A stretch of 24,637 bases of DNA from Syntrophomonadaceae bacterium (GTDB lineage Bacteria > Bacillota > Ch66 > Ch109). Location of the stretch: assembly GCA_012512295.1 (NCBI GenBank), contig JAAZDI010000044.1, forward strand, positions 1 to 24,637, read 5' to 3'. Position 1 is the stretch's first letter, and every line of letters starts with the position of its first letter. The notes under the pieces were generated by a model that had not been told where the DNA came from, did no database searches, and saw only the letters and a list, made by a program, of their open reading frames with translations. Both the position numbers and the translations under genes were made by a program. Of this stretch, positions 7,612 to 17,421 are shown piece after piece.

Positions 7612-10600
7612 TTAATCAAACAAGCTAAGCTGATCTGATTCAGGCAATCGATCCAGACAGCCATGTTCCAAGAGAACATCAATAATATTCTTGCCCAGCC
7701 GGGCCCGGTTGCGCAGATCCTCTACCGAGGTAAAAAAACGTTGCTTACGAGCCTCAACGATACTTGCCGCCGCCGCTAAACCTACTCCCTGTAAAGCAAC
7801 CAACGGCGGCAATATCCCTTGGGGAGTAATCAGAAACCGTTGGGCATCGGATTTGGCTAAGTCTACTTTGAGTAATTTGATTCCTCTTTCATACATCTCC
7901 AAAGCGACCTCAAGTATTGTCAATAAATTTTTCTCCTTGGCCGTAGCATCGTTTCCTTTTTGGTCCAACTCCTCAATTTTGGCGCGGACTTTTTGACTGC
8001 CACCAACAATTAATTGAGCGTCAAATTCATCGGCCCGGACCGTATAGAAGCTAGCATAAAAAGCCTCGGGATAATAAACTTTGAAATAGGCAATTCGATA
8101 CGCCATCATTACATAAGCGACAGCGTGGGCCTTAGGAAACATGTATTTAATTTTCTTGCAAGAATCAATGTACCAATCAGGAATTCCGTTAGCCCTCATT
8201 TGTTCCTCAAAATCAGGTTTGATTCCTTTACCTTTTCGAACATCCTCCATAATCTTAAAAGCCAAAGCCGGTTCCATTCCCCGCTGAATTAAGTAGGTCA
8301 TAATGTCATCCCGGGTTGAAATGGCTTCCCCCAGTTTAACACGGCCATTTTTTATTAAATCCTGGGCATTATTCAACCAAACATCTGTGCCGTGAGAAAA
8401 ACCGCTGATCCGCACTAGATCCGAAAACGTTTTCGGACGGGTGTCTTCTAGCATCTGCCGAACAAATCTTGTTCCAAATTCTGGGATGCCGTAAGTGCCT
8501 ACGGTAGACCTGATTTGTTCCGCAGTAACCCCCAGAGATTCTACTCCGGAAAATAGTCGCATCGTTTTTGGTTCATCTAATTTGACATCGCGTGGATCGA
8601 TTCCGGTTAAATCCTGAAGCATCCTGATTACTGTCGGATCATCATGACCTAAAATATCTAGTTTAACCAGTTGACTACTGATCGCCTCGTAATCGAAATG
8701 GGTCGTAATAACTTCTGATTCCGTATCGTCAGCTGGTCGCTGAACCGGGGTAAACTGATGAACATCATTACCCGTGGGAATAACTATCAATCCTCCCGGG
8801 TGCTGGCCGGTAGTTCTTTTTACCCCAGTACATCCTTTGACTAATCGCATTATTTCTGCCTCGCGGCAGCGCATCTGGTGTTCATCCAGGTATTTTTTTA
8901 CAAAACCATAAGCAGTCCGATCCGCGATGGTGGCAATAGTGCCAGCCCGATAAACATGATCCTTGCCAAACAATTCCTCAACATAACGATGGGCCCGACT
9001 TTGATACTCACCGGAGAAATTAAGATCAATATCCGGCACCTTATCTCCCTGAAAACCAAGAAAAGTTTCAAAAGGAATCTCATGACCATCTTTCGTTAAC
9101 ATAGTTTTACACCTTGGACATTCCCGATCCGGCAGGTCCGCACCGCATCCGACCGTGCCGTCTACTATAAATTCACTGTATCGGCAATGCCCGCACCGAT
9201 AGTGCGGTGGCAGCGGATTCACTTCGGTAATCCCAGTCAAGGTCGCCACCAGAGAAGAACCGACTGATCCCCGAGATCCGACCAGGTAACCATCTTCATT
9301 GGATTTACGGACCAATTTATGAGCAATTAGGTATAAGACAGCAAAGCCATTACTAATAATTGAATTTAACTCTTTTTCTAATCTAGCCTGAACCAGTGAG
9401 GGCAGGGGATCGCCGTATAATTCCTTGGCTCGCTGATAAGTCATTTCGGTAATTTGTTCCTCTGCCCCTTCAATTCTTGGGACGTGCAGATCTTTGGGCA
9501 CTGGCTGTAGTTCTTCAATTGAAGCAGCAATCGATCGTGGGTTTTCGATCACGACCTGATAAGCTTTTTCTTGTCCTAGGTAACTAAACTCCTCCAGCAT
9601 TTCTTCGGTAGTTCGCAAATAAAGGGGAGCCTGTAGTTCTGCATCTTCAAAGCCTTTTCCCGCCTGAAGTATTCTACGGTAACACTCATCTTCCGGGTTT
9701 AAAAAATGAACGTCACCCGTGGCCACCACTGGTTTCCCTAATTTTTCGCCGATCGCCAATAAACAGCGATTCATGTCTTGCAGACCGTCTAAGCTTGGTA
9801 TCTGACCATTTCGGATAAGAAACTCATTATTGCCGGTTGGTTGAATCTCAATAAAATCATAAAATGAGGCTATCTCTTCGAGAACTGCCTGAGGTTCTCC
9901 CCTTAAATATGCCTGAATTAATTCGCCAGCTTCACAAGCAGTACCTAGGATCAATCCATCCCTAAACTGCTGAATTTTCTCCCTGGCTAGACGAGGACGC
10001 CGGTAATAATTCTCCAGGTGTGATATACTAACTAAACGATATAAGTTTTGTAACCCAGTCTGATTCTTGGCCAGAATAATGATGTGATAAGAACGCGAGC
10101 GATTTTTATTATTCCCCGCTTTAGGTTTTATTTCATCAGTAAGATAACCCTCAACCCCAAATATCACTTTAATCCCATACTTCACCGCCACTTCATGAGC
10201 CTCAGGGAAAGCCTGAACAACTCCATGATCAGTGATGGCGACAGCTGAATGCCCCCATTTAGCAAGTTGCTTCATTAAATCTTCAATATCGACCAGTCCA
10301 TCCATTGAACTCATCTTCGTATGCAAGTGTAGTTCCACTCGCTTTTCTTCGGCTAGATCTTTTCGTTCTGGAGCCTTTGCGCCATTTATATCTTGCGCCA
10401 TTAGGGTAAGTTCTTGAGAAAAACGATCAACCTGTGCCGATCCCCGAACTAATATCCAGGCATCTTCTCGTAAATACTCCAGCACCCGAGCTTTGTCCTT
10501 ACTTTCTAGAAAAAACTTGACCGTAATCGAATCGGTATTATCGGTAATATTAAAAACCACTAAGGTCCGACTACTTCTTAATTCACGAATTGATAAATCA

Positions 10601-11370
10601 AATATTCGACCCTGGACAGTAATCGACTTCTCTTCTTCAATTAAATGTTTAATCGGCACGGCTTCCGATTTAATCTCTCGCCCAAACCAAACCTTGTCTG
10701 CTATCCCCAATTTCTCCGATTGTTCTGACTTTTGTACCCGCCCGCTCTCCTTATCAGGCGTTGCTCCTCGGTTATCTTTAACTAGTATCTCTGCTACATA
10801 ACGCTGATCAGCTTCTGCGGTCTCCTGTAGTTGTTGGACACCGGTCTCATCGACATCCCAGACTACCTGGGGAGACCACCCCAAATGCCGCTGAAACCAA
10901 TTCTTCAGCAACTCCCGGGCGCCTTTACCCTCCAACCACCGATAGGCTAATCGGCTAAACAACACCACTACCAGCCGGTTATTGTCCGTCACATGACAAG
11001 AAGAATTTTCCAGCCAACCTTTTAATGAAGGAATATCTTTTGTAATCTGATTCACAAAGCCTGGCCAATCCCTGCATAATAAGTTAACCGCCAGGTCCGG
11101 CGAATACTGATAATAAATTTTCCACTGAACCTGCTGGAGATCTGGAATTCGCTTCTGCCAGATCTCAACTATTTGTTGCAGATGTCTCGCATCGATCGGC
11201 CCCGGTAAGCGCAAGTACACTGCCCAGCTTCGAGCCCTCCTATCCACCTCAACCTGGTCTACTTTGCTTTTTTCAAGAGCTTCCCGAATTGAAATGGATA
11301 GAGATGAATTATTAAGCCAGTGACTTTCGTCCCTGGCTTCTGTCTGGATTTGAGGACCACTTCTGGTCAT
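7612..11370 (-). CDS. polC: DNA polymerase III alpha subunit, PolC type, lacking the 3'-5' exonuclease insert (1252 aa)
   Basis: OB fold, PHP domain (ELHLHTKMS, AITDHG, ATGDVH), RGSVGSS, Zn-finger Cys pairs CGHC/CPRC, catalytic KVPDIDLNF and LDILGHD, FPKAHA, and C-terminal clamp-binding motif QLSLF. SD GGAGGGA. Confidence 0.98.
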   Translation of the reverse strand: MTRSGPQIQTEARDESHWLNNSSLSISIREALEKSKVDQVEVDRRARSWAVYLRLPGPIDARHLQQIVEIWQKRIPDLQQVQWKIYYQYSPDLAVNLLCRDWPGFVNQITKDIPSLKGWLENSSCHVTDNNRLVVVLFSRLAYRWLEGKGARELLKNWFQRHLGWSPQVVWDVDETGVQQLQETAEADQRYVAEILVKDNRGATPDKESGRVQKSEQSEKLGIADKVWFGREIKSEAVPIKHLIEEEKSITVQGRIFDLSIRELRSSRTLVVFNITDNTDSITVKFFLESKDKARVLEYLREDAWILVRGSAQVDRFSQELTLMAQDINGAKAPERKDLAEEKRVELHLHTKMSSMDGLVDIEDLMKQLAKWGHSAVAITDHGVVQAFPEAHEVAVKYGIKVIFGVEGYLTDEIKPKAGNNKNRSRSYHIIILAKNQTGLQNLYRLVSISHLENYYRRPRLAREKIQQFRDGLILGTACEAGELIQAYLRGEPQAVLEEIASFYDFIEIQPTGNNEFLIRNGQIPSLDGLQDMNRCLLAIGEKLGKPVVATGDVHFLNPEDECYRRILQAGKGFEDAELQAPLYLRTTEEMLEEFSYLGQEKAYQVVIENPRSIAASIEELQPVPKDLHVPRIEGAEEQITEMTYQRAKELYGDPLPSLVQARLEKELNSIISNGFAVLYLIAHKLVRKSNEDGYLVGSRGSVGSSLVATLTGITEVNPLPPHYRCGHCRYSEFIVDGTVGCGADLPDRECPRCKTMLTKDGHEIPFETFLGFQGDKVPDIDLNFSGEYQSRAHRYVEELFGKDHVYRAGTIATIADRTAYGFVKKYLDEHQMRCREAEIMRLVKGCTGVKRTTGQHPGGLIVIPTGNDVHQFTPVQRPADDTESEVITTHFDYEAISSQLVKLDILGHDDPTVIRMLQDLTGIDPRDVKLDEPKTMRLFSGVESLGVTAEQIRSTVGTYGIPEFGTRFVRQMLEDTRPKTFSDLVRISGFSHGTDVWLNNAQDLIKNGRVKLGEAISTRDDIMTYLIQRGMEPALAFKIMEDVRKGKGIKPDFEEQMRANGIPDWYIDSCKKIKYMFPKAHAVAYVMMAYRIAYFKVYYPEAFYASFYTVRADEFDAQLIVGGSQKVRAKIEELDQKGNDATAKEKNLLTILEVALEMYERGIKLLKVDLAKSDAQRFLITPQGILPPLVALQGVGLAAAASIVEARKQRFFTSVEDLRNRARLGKNIIDVLLEHGCLDRLPESDQLSLFD

Positions 11371-11480
11371 TAACCAGTCCCTCCCTCATTTTAGGTACTA
11401 GCCTTAAACATTAGCTAAGATTTATCTAGTAGGGTTGATAAGTGGTAGAGATTTAACGTCCAAAGTCTAATTGGCAAGAT

Positions 11481-12143
11481 CTAGTCTTGGTGTTCTACTT
11501 TAAAAACACCAGGCACACTGTATAACTTATCCGCGACCACCTTGGGCTTAATAAAGGGAGGGATACGCAGCATTAAATCCAGAACTAACTGTTCCCCTTC
11601 GGCATGACTTAGGGTAAGGTTTTTAATATGCACCCCATCTTCGCCTAAAGCAGTACCCACTTTCCCAATCGCTCCGGGTCGGTCATGGACTATAACCTTA
11701 AAGTGCTTGTATTCCCGCATCCCGCTAAATCTCTCTTCTACCTTAAAAAAGTAGACCAGGACCAGCAGAATGAAACCGGTAGTCGCAATAGCCGCTAAGT
11801 ACAATCCAGCTCCGCAGGCTAAACCGACACAGGCTACGACCCATAAACCGGCAGCAGTAGTTAACCCTGTAATGTTGGCGCCTTCACGCATAATGGTACC
11901 GGCTCCAAGAAAACCAATACCGCTTATTACTTGAGCAGCAATTCTTCCTGGATCAGCGGTGACTGTATTATGATATTGAAAATACATCTCCTGAGAGACA
12001 ATCATCGCTAGGGCTGACCCTATACACACCAAAGTATAGGTTCTTAAACCGGCTGGACGGGCTAAACTCTCTCGTTCTAAGCCAATCAATGCACCCAGGA
12101 AACAGGCAAGTGCCAGTCTAATAACCATATCATATTCACTCAC
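11481..12143 (-). CDS. MgtC/SapB family membrane protein with C-terminal ACT-like domain
   Basis: GALIGLERE..AGLRTYTLVCIGSAL..DPGRIAAQVISGIGFLGAGTI..GLTTAAGLW. ACT-like C-terminus VIVHDRPGAIGKVGTALG. GTG start 7 nt after GGGGGG. Confidence 0.92.
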   Translation of the reverse strand: MSEYDMVIRLALACFLGALIGLERESLARPAGLRTYTLVCIGSALAMIVSQEMYFQYHNTVTADPGRIAAQVISGIGFLGAGTIMREGANITGLTTAAGLWVVACVGLACGAGLYLAAIATTGFILLVLVYFFKVEERFSGMREYKHFKVIVHDRPGAIGKVGTALGEDGVHIKNLTLSHAEGEQLVLDLMLRIPPFIKPKVVADKLYSVPGVFKVEHQD

Positions 12144-12165
12144 TGCCCATCCCCCCTATTCCCCT

Positions 12166-13893
12166 CTAAGAATGGAGTTGTTGGTGAATCTGATTTGCCA
12201 CCCATTCAGCAGCCTCTTCAACTTTAACATGGGAACATTGATCGGTGAAACGACAACTGATTTCAACTTGACCTTCCTTTAATGCTTTTGGTCCAATCGT
12301 AATGCGATAAGGATAACCAATCAAATCCGCATCTTTAAACTTAACCCCGGCTCGTTCTAGCCGATCGTCAAGAATTACCTCTACTCCTAAATTGAGTAAT
12401 TGTTCATATAGCATTTCAGCTACTTGCCTTTGTTGATCATCCTGATAACTCACCGGGACAACAATCACCTGAAAAGGGGCAATAGCCACCGGCCATTTAA
12501 TCCCGTTAGCGTCATAATTCTGTTCAATGGCCGCCGCCATAGTTCGGCTAACGCCAATACCGTAACAACCCATGACCATTAACTGTTTCTGTCCCTTATC
12601 ATCTAAATAGTAAGCGTTCATGGCGGAGCTATATTTTGTTCCCAATTTAAAAATATGACCAACTTCAATTCCGTAAGATTCTGCCAAAGGGTGGCCACAT
12701 TTCGGACATGGTTCGCCAGCTTCAACTATCCGCAGATCAGCAACGTCGTCCAATGGGAAATCCCGGCCTGGGTTTACTCCCCGATAATGATAATTGTCCT
12801 GATTAGCCCCGACTACTCCCTGCACCATTAAGGGTATTTCCGCATCAGCTAAGATTCGAATTCCTTGCAAACCGATTGGTCCGACAAAGCCGGGATTTGC
12901 CCCAGTCGCTTCCTTAATCCTGGCTTCCGAGGCCATTTCTACCCTTAGGCACCCTAATCGGTTTAATAATTTAACCTCATTAATTGACCGGTCACCCCGG
13001 ATAACTACCGCTACTAATTCTCGGCCGGTCTCGTATTCAGCTTCATAAAAAAGGGTTTTTATGATCTCCTTTGGGGTAATGCCAAAAAAAGCAGTTCCAT
13101 CCTCCACGGTTCGGACCCCCGGCGTGGAAACCAGTTCAAGATCGCAAGGCTCCAGGTCTTCCTGTGATAACTCTGGCCGGGCCTCGGCTTTTTCTACATT
13201 GGCAGCATAACCACATTCATTGCAGTAAACGATAACCGCTTCACCCGAACCAGCCAGCACCATGAACTCGTGACTAGCATTGCCGCCAATGGCTCCCGGG
13301 TCAGCCTCAACCGCCCGAAACTTTAACCCACAGCGCTGGAATACCCGAGTATATGCTTCATACATCTTTCGATAGCTTGTTTCTAGACCAGCTGCATCCC
13401 GATCAAAAGAGTATAAGTCCTTCATAATGAATTCTCTAGCCCGCATTAACCCAAAGCGTGGTCTTCTTTCATCTCGGTATTTATTTTGGATTTGATACAA
13501 AAGCTGAGGAAGTTGCTTGTAAGAATGAACTTCTCCTCTTACTAGATCAGTAATAATCTCCTCATGAGTAGGCCCTAAGCAAAAATCACGGTCATGACGG
13601 TCTTGCAGACGAAACAATTCATCCCCATATACCGCCCACCGACCGCTTTCCTGCCAAAGTTCGGCCGGCTGAATAATGGGCAGTGCAACCTCTTGTCCAC
13701 CAGCTCTGTTCATTTCTTCGCGAATAATTGTTGCGATTTTAAACAACACTCTCTGGGCAAGAGGGAGGTAGGTATAGACACCAGAAGTAGTTTTTCGAAT
13801 CATTCCAGCCCGAAGCATTAAGCGATGACTAATTACTTCAGCTTCTGCTGGTTCTTCCCTCAGGGTAGGTGCTAATAATTGAGAGGTTCGCAC
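12166..13893 (-). CDS. proS: Proline--tRNA ligase, bacterial type with INS editing domain
   Basis: [53 protein letters not shown] and an anticodon-binding domain. SD AAAGGAGG before the GTG. Confidence 0.99.
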   Translation of the reverse strand: MRTSQLLAPTLREEPAEAEVISHRLMLRAGMIRKTTSGVYTYLPLAQRVLFKIATIIREEMNRAGGQEVALPIIQPAELWQESGRWAVYGDELFRLQDRHDRDFCLGPTHEEIITDLVRGEVHSYKQLPQLLYQIQNKYRDERRPRFGLMRAREFIMKDLYSFDRDAAGLETSYRKMYEAYTRVFQRCGLKFRAVEADPGAIGGNASHEFMVLAGSGEAVIVYCNECGYAANVEKAEARPELSQEDLEPCDLELVSTPGVRTVEDGTAFFGITPKEIIKTLFYEAEYETGRELVAVVIRGDRSINEVKLLNRLGCLRVEMASEARIKEATGANPGFVGPIGLQGIRILADAEIPLMVQGVVGANQDNYHYRGVNPGRDFPLDDVADLRIVEAGEPCPKCGHPLAESYGIEVGHIFKLGTKYSSAMNAYYLDDKGQKQLMVMGCYGIGVSRTMAAAIEQNYDANGIKWPVAIAPFQVIVVPVSYQDDQQRQVAEMLYEQLLNLGVEVILDDRLERAGVKFKDADLIGYPYRITIGPKALKEGQVEISCRFTDQCSHVKVEEAAEWVANQIHQQLHS

Positions 13894-13979
13894 CGCGTAT
13901 TCCTCCTTTGAAACATAATTAACCCATCCGAATTCATAATATTTCCGTCATCAATAATCCAGCGTCTAAAGTATAATCG

Positions 13980-15050
13980 CTATGTCTGCAAGTCCATCTT
14001 TTTTATTTCTGCTAATAAAGCATCGGCCATTTCGGATTGTTTAATCTTCCTAAGGGGTTTTCCTTCCTTAAAAAGCAATGCTACCCCCTTGCCGCCGGCT
14101 ACACCCACATCTGCTTGTCTGGCTTCGCCAGGACCGTTAACCACACAACCCATAATTGCGACCTTAAGTGGGGTTTTAATACTTGAGACCTCTTGCTCAA
14201 TTTTTTCCACAACTGGCAACAAGTCAATCTGGCATCGACCGCATGTGGGACAGGAAATTATTTCAACGCCCTTTCTGCGCAAACCCAATGCCTTTAGGAT
14301 CTCAAAACCAACGCGGACCTCTTCTGTTGGCGGACCAGTCAAAGACACTCTGATAGTGTCGCCTATTCCTTCCGCTAGCAAGGTGCCAATACCAATGGCT
14401 GATTTTATCGTCCCGGTATAGCGGGTACCAGCCTCTGTTACTCCAAGGTGAAGAGGATAGTTTACGGTTCGAGACAGTTGCCGATAAGCTTGCAGCATCA
14501 GCGGAACATCAGAGGCTTTGATGGATACTTTGATATCATAAAACCTCAGACTTTCCAAAATCCGAATATGACCCAAAGCACTTTCAACTAAGGCTTCAGC
14601 GGTTACTCCCCCGTATCGGTCAAGCAAATGCTTTTCCAGCGAACCAGCATTTACTCCAATCCTAATTGGAATCCTTTTATCTAAAGCTCGTTGGGTAATC
14701 ATTTCAACCCGACTGCGATCACCAATATTCCCGGGGTTAATTCGCAAGCCATCAATACCGTTTTCGATACATTCTAAGGCTAAACGGTAATCAAAATGAA
14801 TATCGGCAATTAAGGGAAGCTGAGTGTGCTGGCGAATTTTTTTTATTGCCTCTGCCGCCTCAGTATCGACTACCGCCAGACGAACAATTTCACAGCCCGC
14901 CTCTTCTAGCTCACCTATTTGTCTAACTGTTGCTTTCACATCTCGTGTATCCGTCTTGGTCATTGATTGAACCGAAATCGGCGAACCACCACCGATGACC
15001 ACCCTACCAACCTTTAAAGGACGAGTAGGGCAGCGAGGAATAACCGACAT
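13980..15050 (-). CDS. ispG: (E)-4-hydroxy-3-methylbut-2-enyl-diphosphate synthase IspG
   Basis: ISVQSMT, ADIHFDY, RINPGNIG, RIGVNAGSL, and Fe-S ligands CPTCGRC and GCVVNGPGE. Confidence 0.98.
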   Translation of the reverse strand: MSVIPRCPTRPLKVGRVVIGGGSPISVQSMTKTDTRDVKATVRQIGELEEAGCEIVRLAVVDTEAAEAIKKIRQHTQLPLIADIHFDYRLALECIENGIDGLRINPGNIGDRSRVEMITQRALDKRIPIRIGVNAGSLEKHLLDRYGGVTAEALVESALGHIRILESLRFYDIKVSIKASDVPLMLQAYRQLSRTVNYPLHLGVTEAGTRYTGTIKSAIGIGTLLAEGIGDTIRVSLTGPPTEEVRVGFEILKALGLRRKGVEIISCPTCGRCQIDLLPVVEKIEQEVSSIKTPLKVAIMGCVVNGPGEARQADVGVAGGKGVALLFKEGKPLRKIKQSEMADALLAEIKKMDLQT

Positions 15051-15094
15051 GGCCCTGCCTCCATACAGCTTATAAAAGTGCTATTTTATAATAA

Positions 15095-16129
15095 TTATCC
15101 GTTCTGAACAAATATCCTCATAACATCTTGATAAGTAAGTATCAAAACCAAAGTTATTAATAGAGCAAAACCGATTAAATTGATGAAACCTTCCCTTTCT
15201 GGTTCAACCCCACGGCCACGAACTTTTTCGATAGCTAGAAAAACCAGTTTACTGCCATCTAAAGCCGGTATGGGTAAGAGATTTAAGATCGCCAGATTAA
15301 TACTTAGAATAGCTGCGAAATACAAAAGGTTCGCTAATCCCCCCTGAGACGCTTCGCCAATCATTTGCACTATCCCGACTGGACCAGCCAAATCACCGGG
15401 TTCAACACCCTTAGTAACCATCTGGCCTAGTCCTTGAAGCATTGCCCAAGTTAATTCAACTGTTTGTGAAAATCCCATACCAATACCAGTAATCAAACCA
15501 ACCCGGTGGTGCCCGATTTCCGGTCGAATGCCAACGATCGCTGTTTGTTGGTTGATTTCAGGGACTATGGCAAATTCCAACGATTCTCCAGCCCGTATAA
15601 CCTGAAAAATGAGCGGCCCCCTAGTCGGTTGGTAACTCTGAATTATCTTAACCATTTCCTCCCAAGTTTGAACTGGCTGATTATCAATCGCTACTACCTG
15701 ATCTCCTGGGAGAAGGTAAGCCGCGGCTGGAGATCCCGGTAAAGTTGATCCAATCACATTTGACCCAGTAACAAAAGGAATACCGAGGATTGAAAATACT
15801 ATAATAAACAAAACTACCGCCAGAACAAGATTCATGGTTGAGCCGGCCATTGCCACAATCGCTCGCTGACCGACTGTTTTATTCTGGTAAGCAGCCTCAA
15901 GATCAGCTTCTCCCTCGTCACTGCCGGCCATCCTGACATACCCGCCCAATGGTAATGCTCTTACTGAATAGAGGGTTCCCCTCCGGGTGAAAGCAAACAA
16001 TTTAGGCCCAAATCCCATACTAAACTCATATACTGCAATACCAACCCGTTTGGCTGCTGCCAGATGCCCAGCTTCATGAACCATCACTAACAGTCCAAAA
16101 ACAAATACAACCGCGATAAAGGTTATCAA
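15095..16129 (-). CDS. rseP: RIP metalloprotease RseP/RasP (M50 family, one PDZ domain), 344 aa
   Basis: HEAGH zinc motif, GFGPKL, LPLGGYV, NLLPIPALDG. TTG start at 16129 follows SD AGGGGGAG; the ORF-track start at 16165 overlaps dxr. Confidence 0.96.
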   Translation of the reverse strand: MITFIAVVFVFGLLVMVHEAGHLAAAKRVGIAVYEFSMGFGPKLFAFTRRGTLYSVRALPLGGYVRMAGSDEGEADLEAAYQNKTVGQRAIVAMAGSTMNLVLAVVLFIIVFSILGIPFVTGSNVIGSTLPGSPAAAYLLPGDQVVAIDNQPVQTWEEMVKIIQSYQPTRGPLIFQVIRAGESLEFAIVPEINQQTAIVGIRPEIGHHRVGLITGIGMGFSQTVELTWAMLQGLGQMVTKGVEPGDLAGPVGIVQMIGEASQGGLANLLYFAAILSINLAILNLLPIPALDGSKLVFLAIEKVRGRGVEPEREGFINLIGFALLITLVLILTYQDVMRIFVQNG

Positions 16130-16140
16130 AAAATCTCCCC

Positions 16141-17292
16141 CTAAATGTGTTCGCGAACCCAACAACGGGCCCAGTGATCAACTGCCTGAAGAGTTGCCAA
16201 GTCAGGGTTATCAATCCGATGGTGACTAGCAAGTGCTCCCTCTATGAGGCGGGGTATATCCATAAAACCTATTTTTTCTTTGAGGAATAAATCAACCGCT
16301 TCTTCGTCAGCCCCGCTGAGCACAGTGGGCATGGACCCCCCTTTTTTTCCGGCAAGTAAGGCCAGTTCCAAACAGGGAAAATTTGTTAAATCCGGTGCAT
16401 GAAAAGTTAACTGCCCGGCCTCAACCAAACTTAGGCGCGGCCAGGGACTTCCCCAGCGTTCCGGATAGGATAAGGCGTACTGAATCGGTACTCGCATATC
16501 TGGTTGACCCAAGTGAGCCAGGATTGAACCATCTATAAATTCTATTAGGGAATGAACTATGGATTGAGGGTGAATTACCACCTCAATCTGGGAGTAATCA
16601 ACATTAAATAACCAGTGCGCCTCAATTACTTCAAGCCCCTTGTTCATTAAGCTAGCCGAATCAACTGTTATCTTTTGGCCCATTGACCAGTTAGGGTGGC
16701 GCAGCGCTAACTCGGGGGTGACAGTAGACAATTGGTCCTGTGTCCAACCTCGAAATGGACCGCCCGAAGCAGTTATAATCAACTTTCTTAAAAAACGTTT
16801 TTCATCACGTAAACATTGAAAAATAGCAGAAGGTTCACTATCGATCGGCAGAATTGGTGAATTCCAACGCCGAGACTCTTCCATTATCAAATGTCCAGCT
16901 ACTACCAATGGCTCCTTATTGGCTATCGCCACTGGAATACCTCGCCGAATTGCTTTGATTGTCGGCTCAAGTCCAGCAAAACCGCTCAAAGCGTTGACCA
17001 CCAGATCAACGTTCGGTAGATCCACTAAATCTGTTATTCCTTGTAAACCGCTTAATACTTGAACCGTCTCATCTTGGAGATGGCTGGCTGCTATCCGAGC
17101 TGCCTCAGCATCAGCCAAAGCGGCAAAGCTGGGACAAAACCTCCTGACCTGCTGCTCCAGCAATTGATAATTGCTGCCGGCTCCTAAACCAATTACCTTT
17201 AAAGTATTTGAATGGGCTTCAACTACTTCCAAAGTTTGACGGCCAATTGAACCAGTTGAACCTAATATGACAATCCTTTTCACATCTTGCAT
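16141..17292 (-). CDS. dxr: 1-deoxy-D-xylulose-5-phosphate reductoisomerase
   Basis: ILGSTGSIG NADPH motif, ANKE, DSE, TASGGPF, HPNWSMGQKITVDSA, NKGLEVIEAHWLF. Confidence 0.97.
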   Translation of the reverse strand: MQDVKRIVILGSTGSIGRQTLEVVEAHSNTLKVIGLGAGSNYQLLEQQVRRFCPSFAALADAEAARIAASHLQDETVQVLSGLQGITDLVDLPNVDLVVNALSGFAGLEPTIKAIRRGIPVAIANKEPLVVAGHLIMEESRRWNSPILPIDSEPSAIFQCLRDEKRFLRKLIITASGGPFRGWTQDQLSTVTPELALRHPNWSMGQKITVDSASLMNKGLEVIEAHWLFNVDYSQIEVVIHPQSIVHSLIEFIDGSILAHLGQPDMRVPIQYALSYPERWGSPWPRLSLVEAGQLTFHAPDLTNFPCLELALLAGKKGGSMPTVLSGADEEAVDLFLKEKIGFMDIPRLIEGALASHHRIDNPDLATLQAVDHWARCWVREHI

Positions 17293-17338
17293 TGAAAACT
17301 CCTACAAAACAAATTAATAAACCTAATACTTCATTGTA

Positions 17339-17368
17339 ATTATAAGATTGTGATATTAAGCGGTGCAA
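17339..17368 (-). promoter_or_regulatory. Putative SigA-type promoter for dxr-rseP-ispG-proS
   Basis: TTGCAC (17368-17363), 18-nt spacer, TATAAT (17344-17339), in the 129-bp ytvI-dxr gap. Confidence 0.6.
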
Positions 17369-17421
17369 AGAATCTTGTCCAAATAGCCCTGCAGCAGAAA
17401 GAATCATTACTGTCTGACTTA

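Noticed and set aside
7612-11370. Possible intein in polC, a common insertion target
   Set aside because: The protein is shorter than typical, the conserved motifs are contiguous, and no intein or homing-endonuclease block is visible.
11371-11480. DnaA-box-like TTATCAACC and weak promoter-like hexamers upstream of polC
   Set aside because: Two mismatches to TTATNCACA, a single copy, and no well-spaced -35/-10 pair.
13894-13979. Possible T-box riboswitch upstream of proS
   Set aside because: The gap is only 86 bp, too short for a T-box, and has no T-box motif or terminator.
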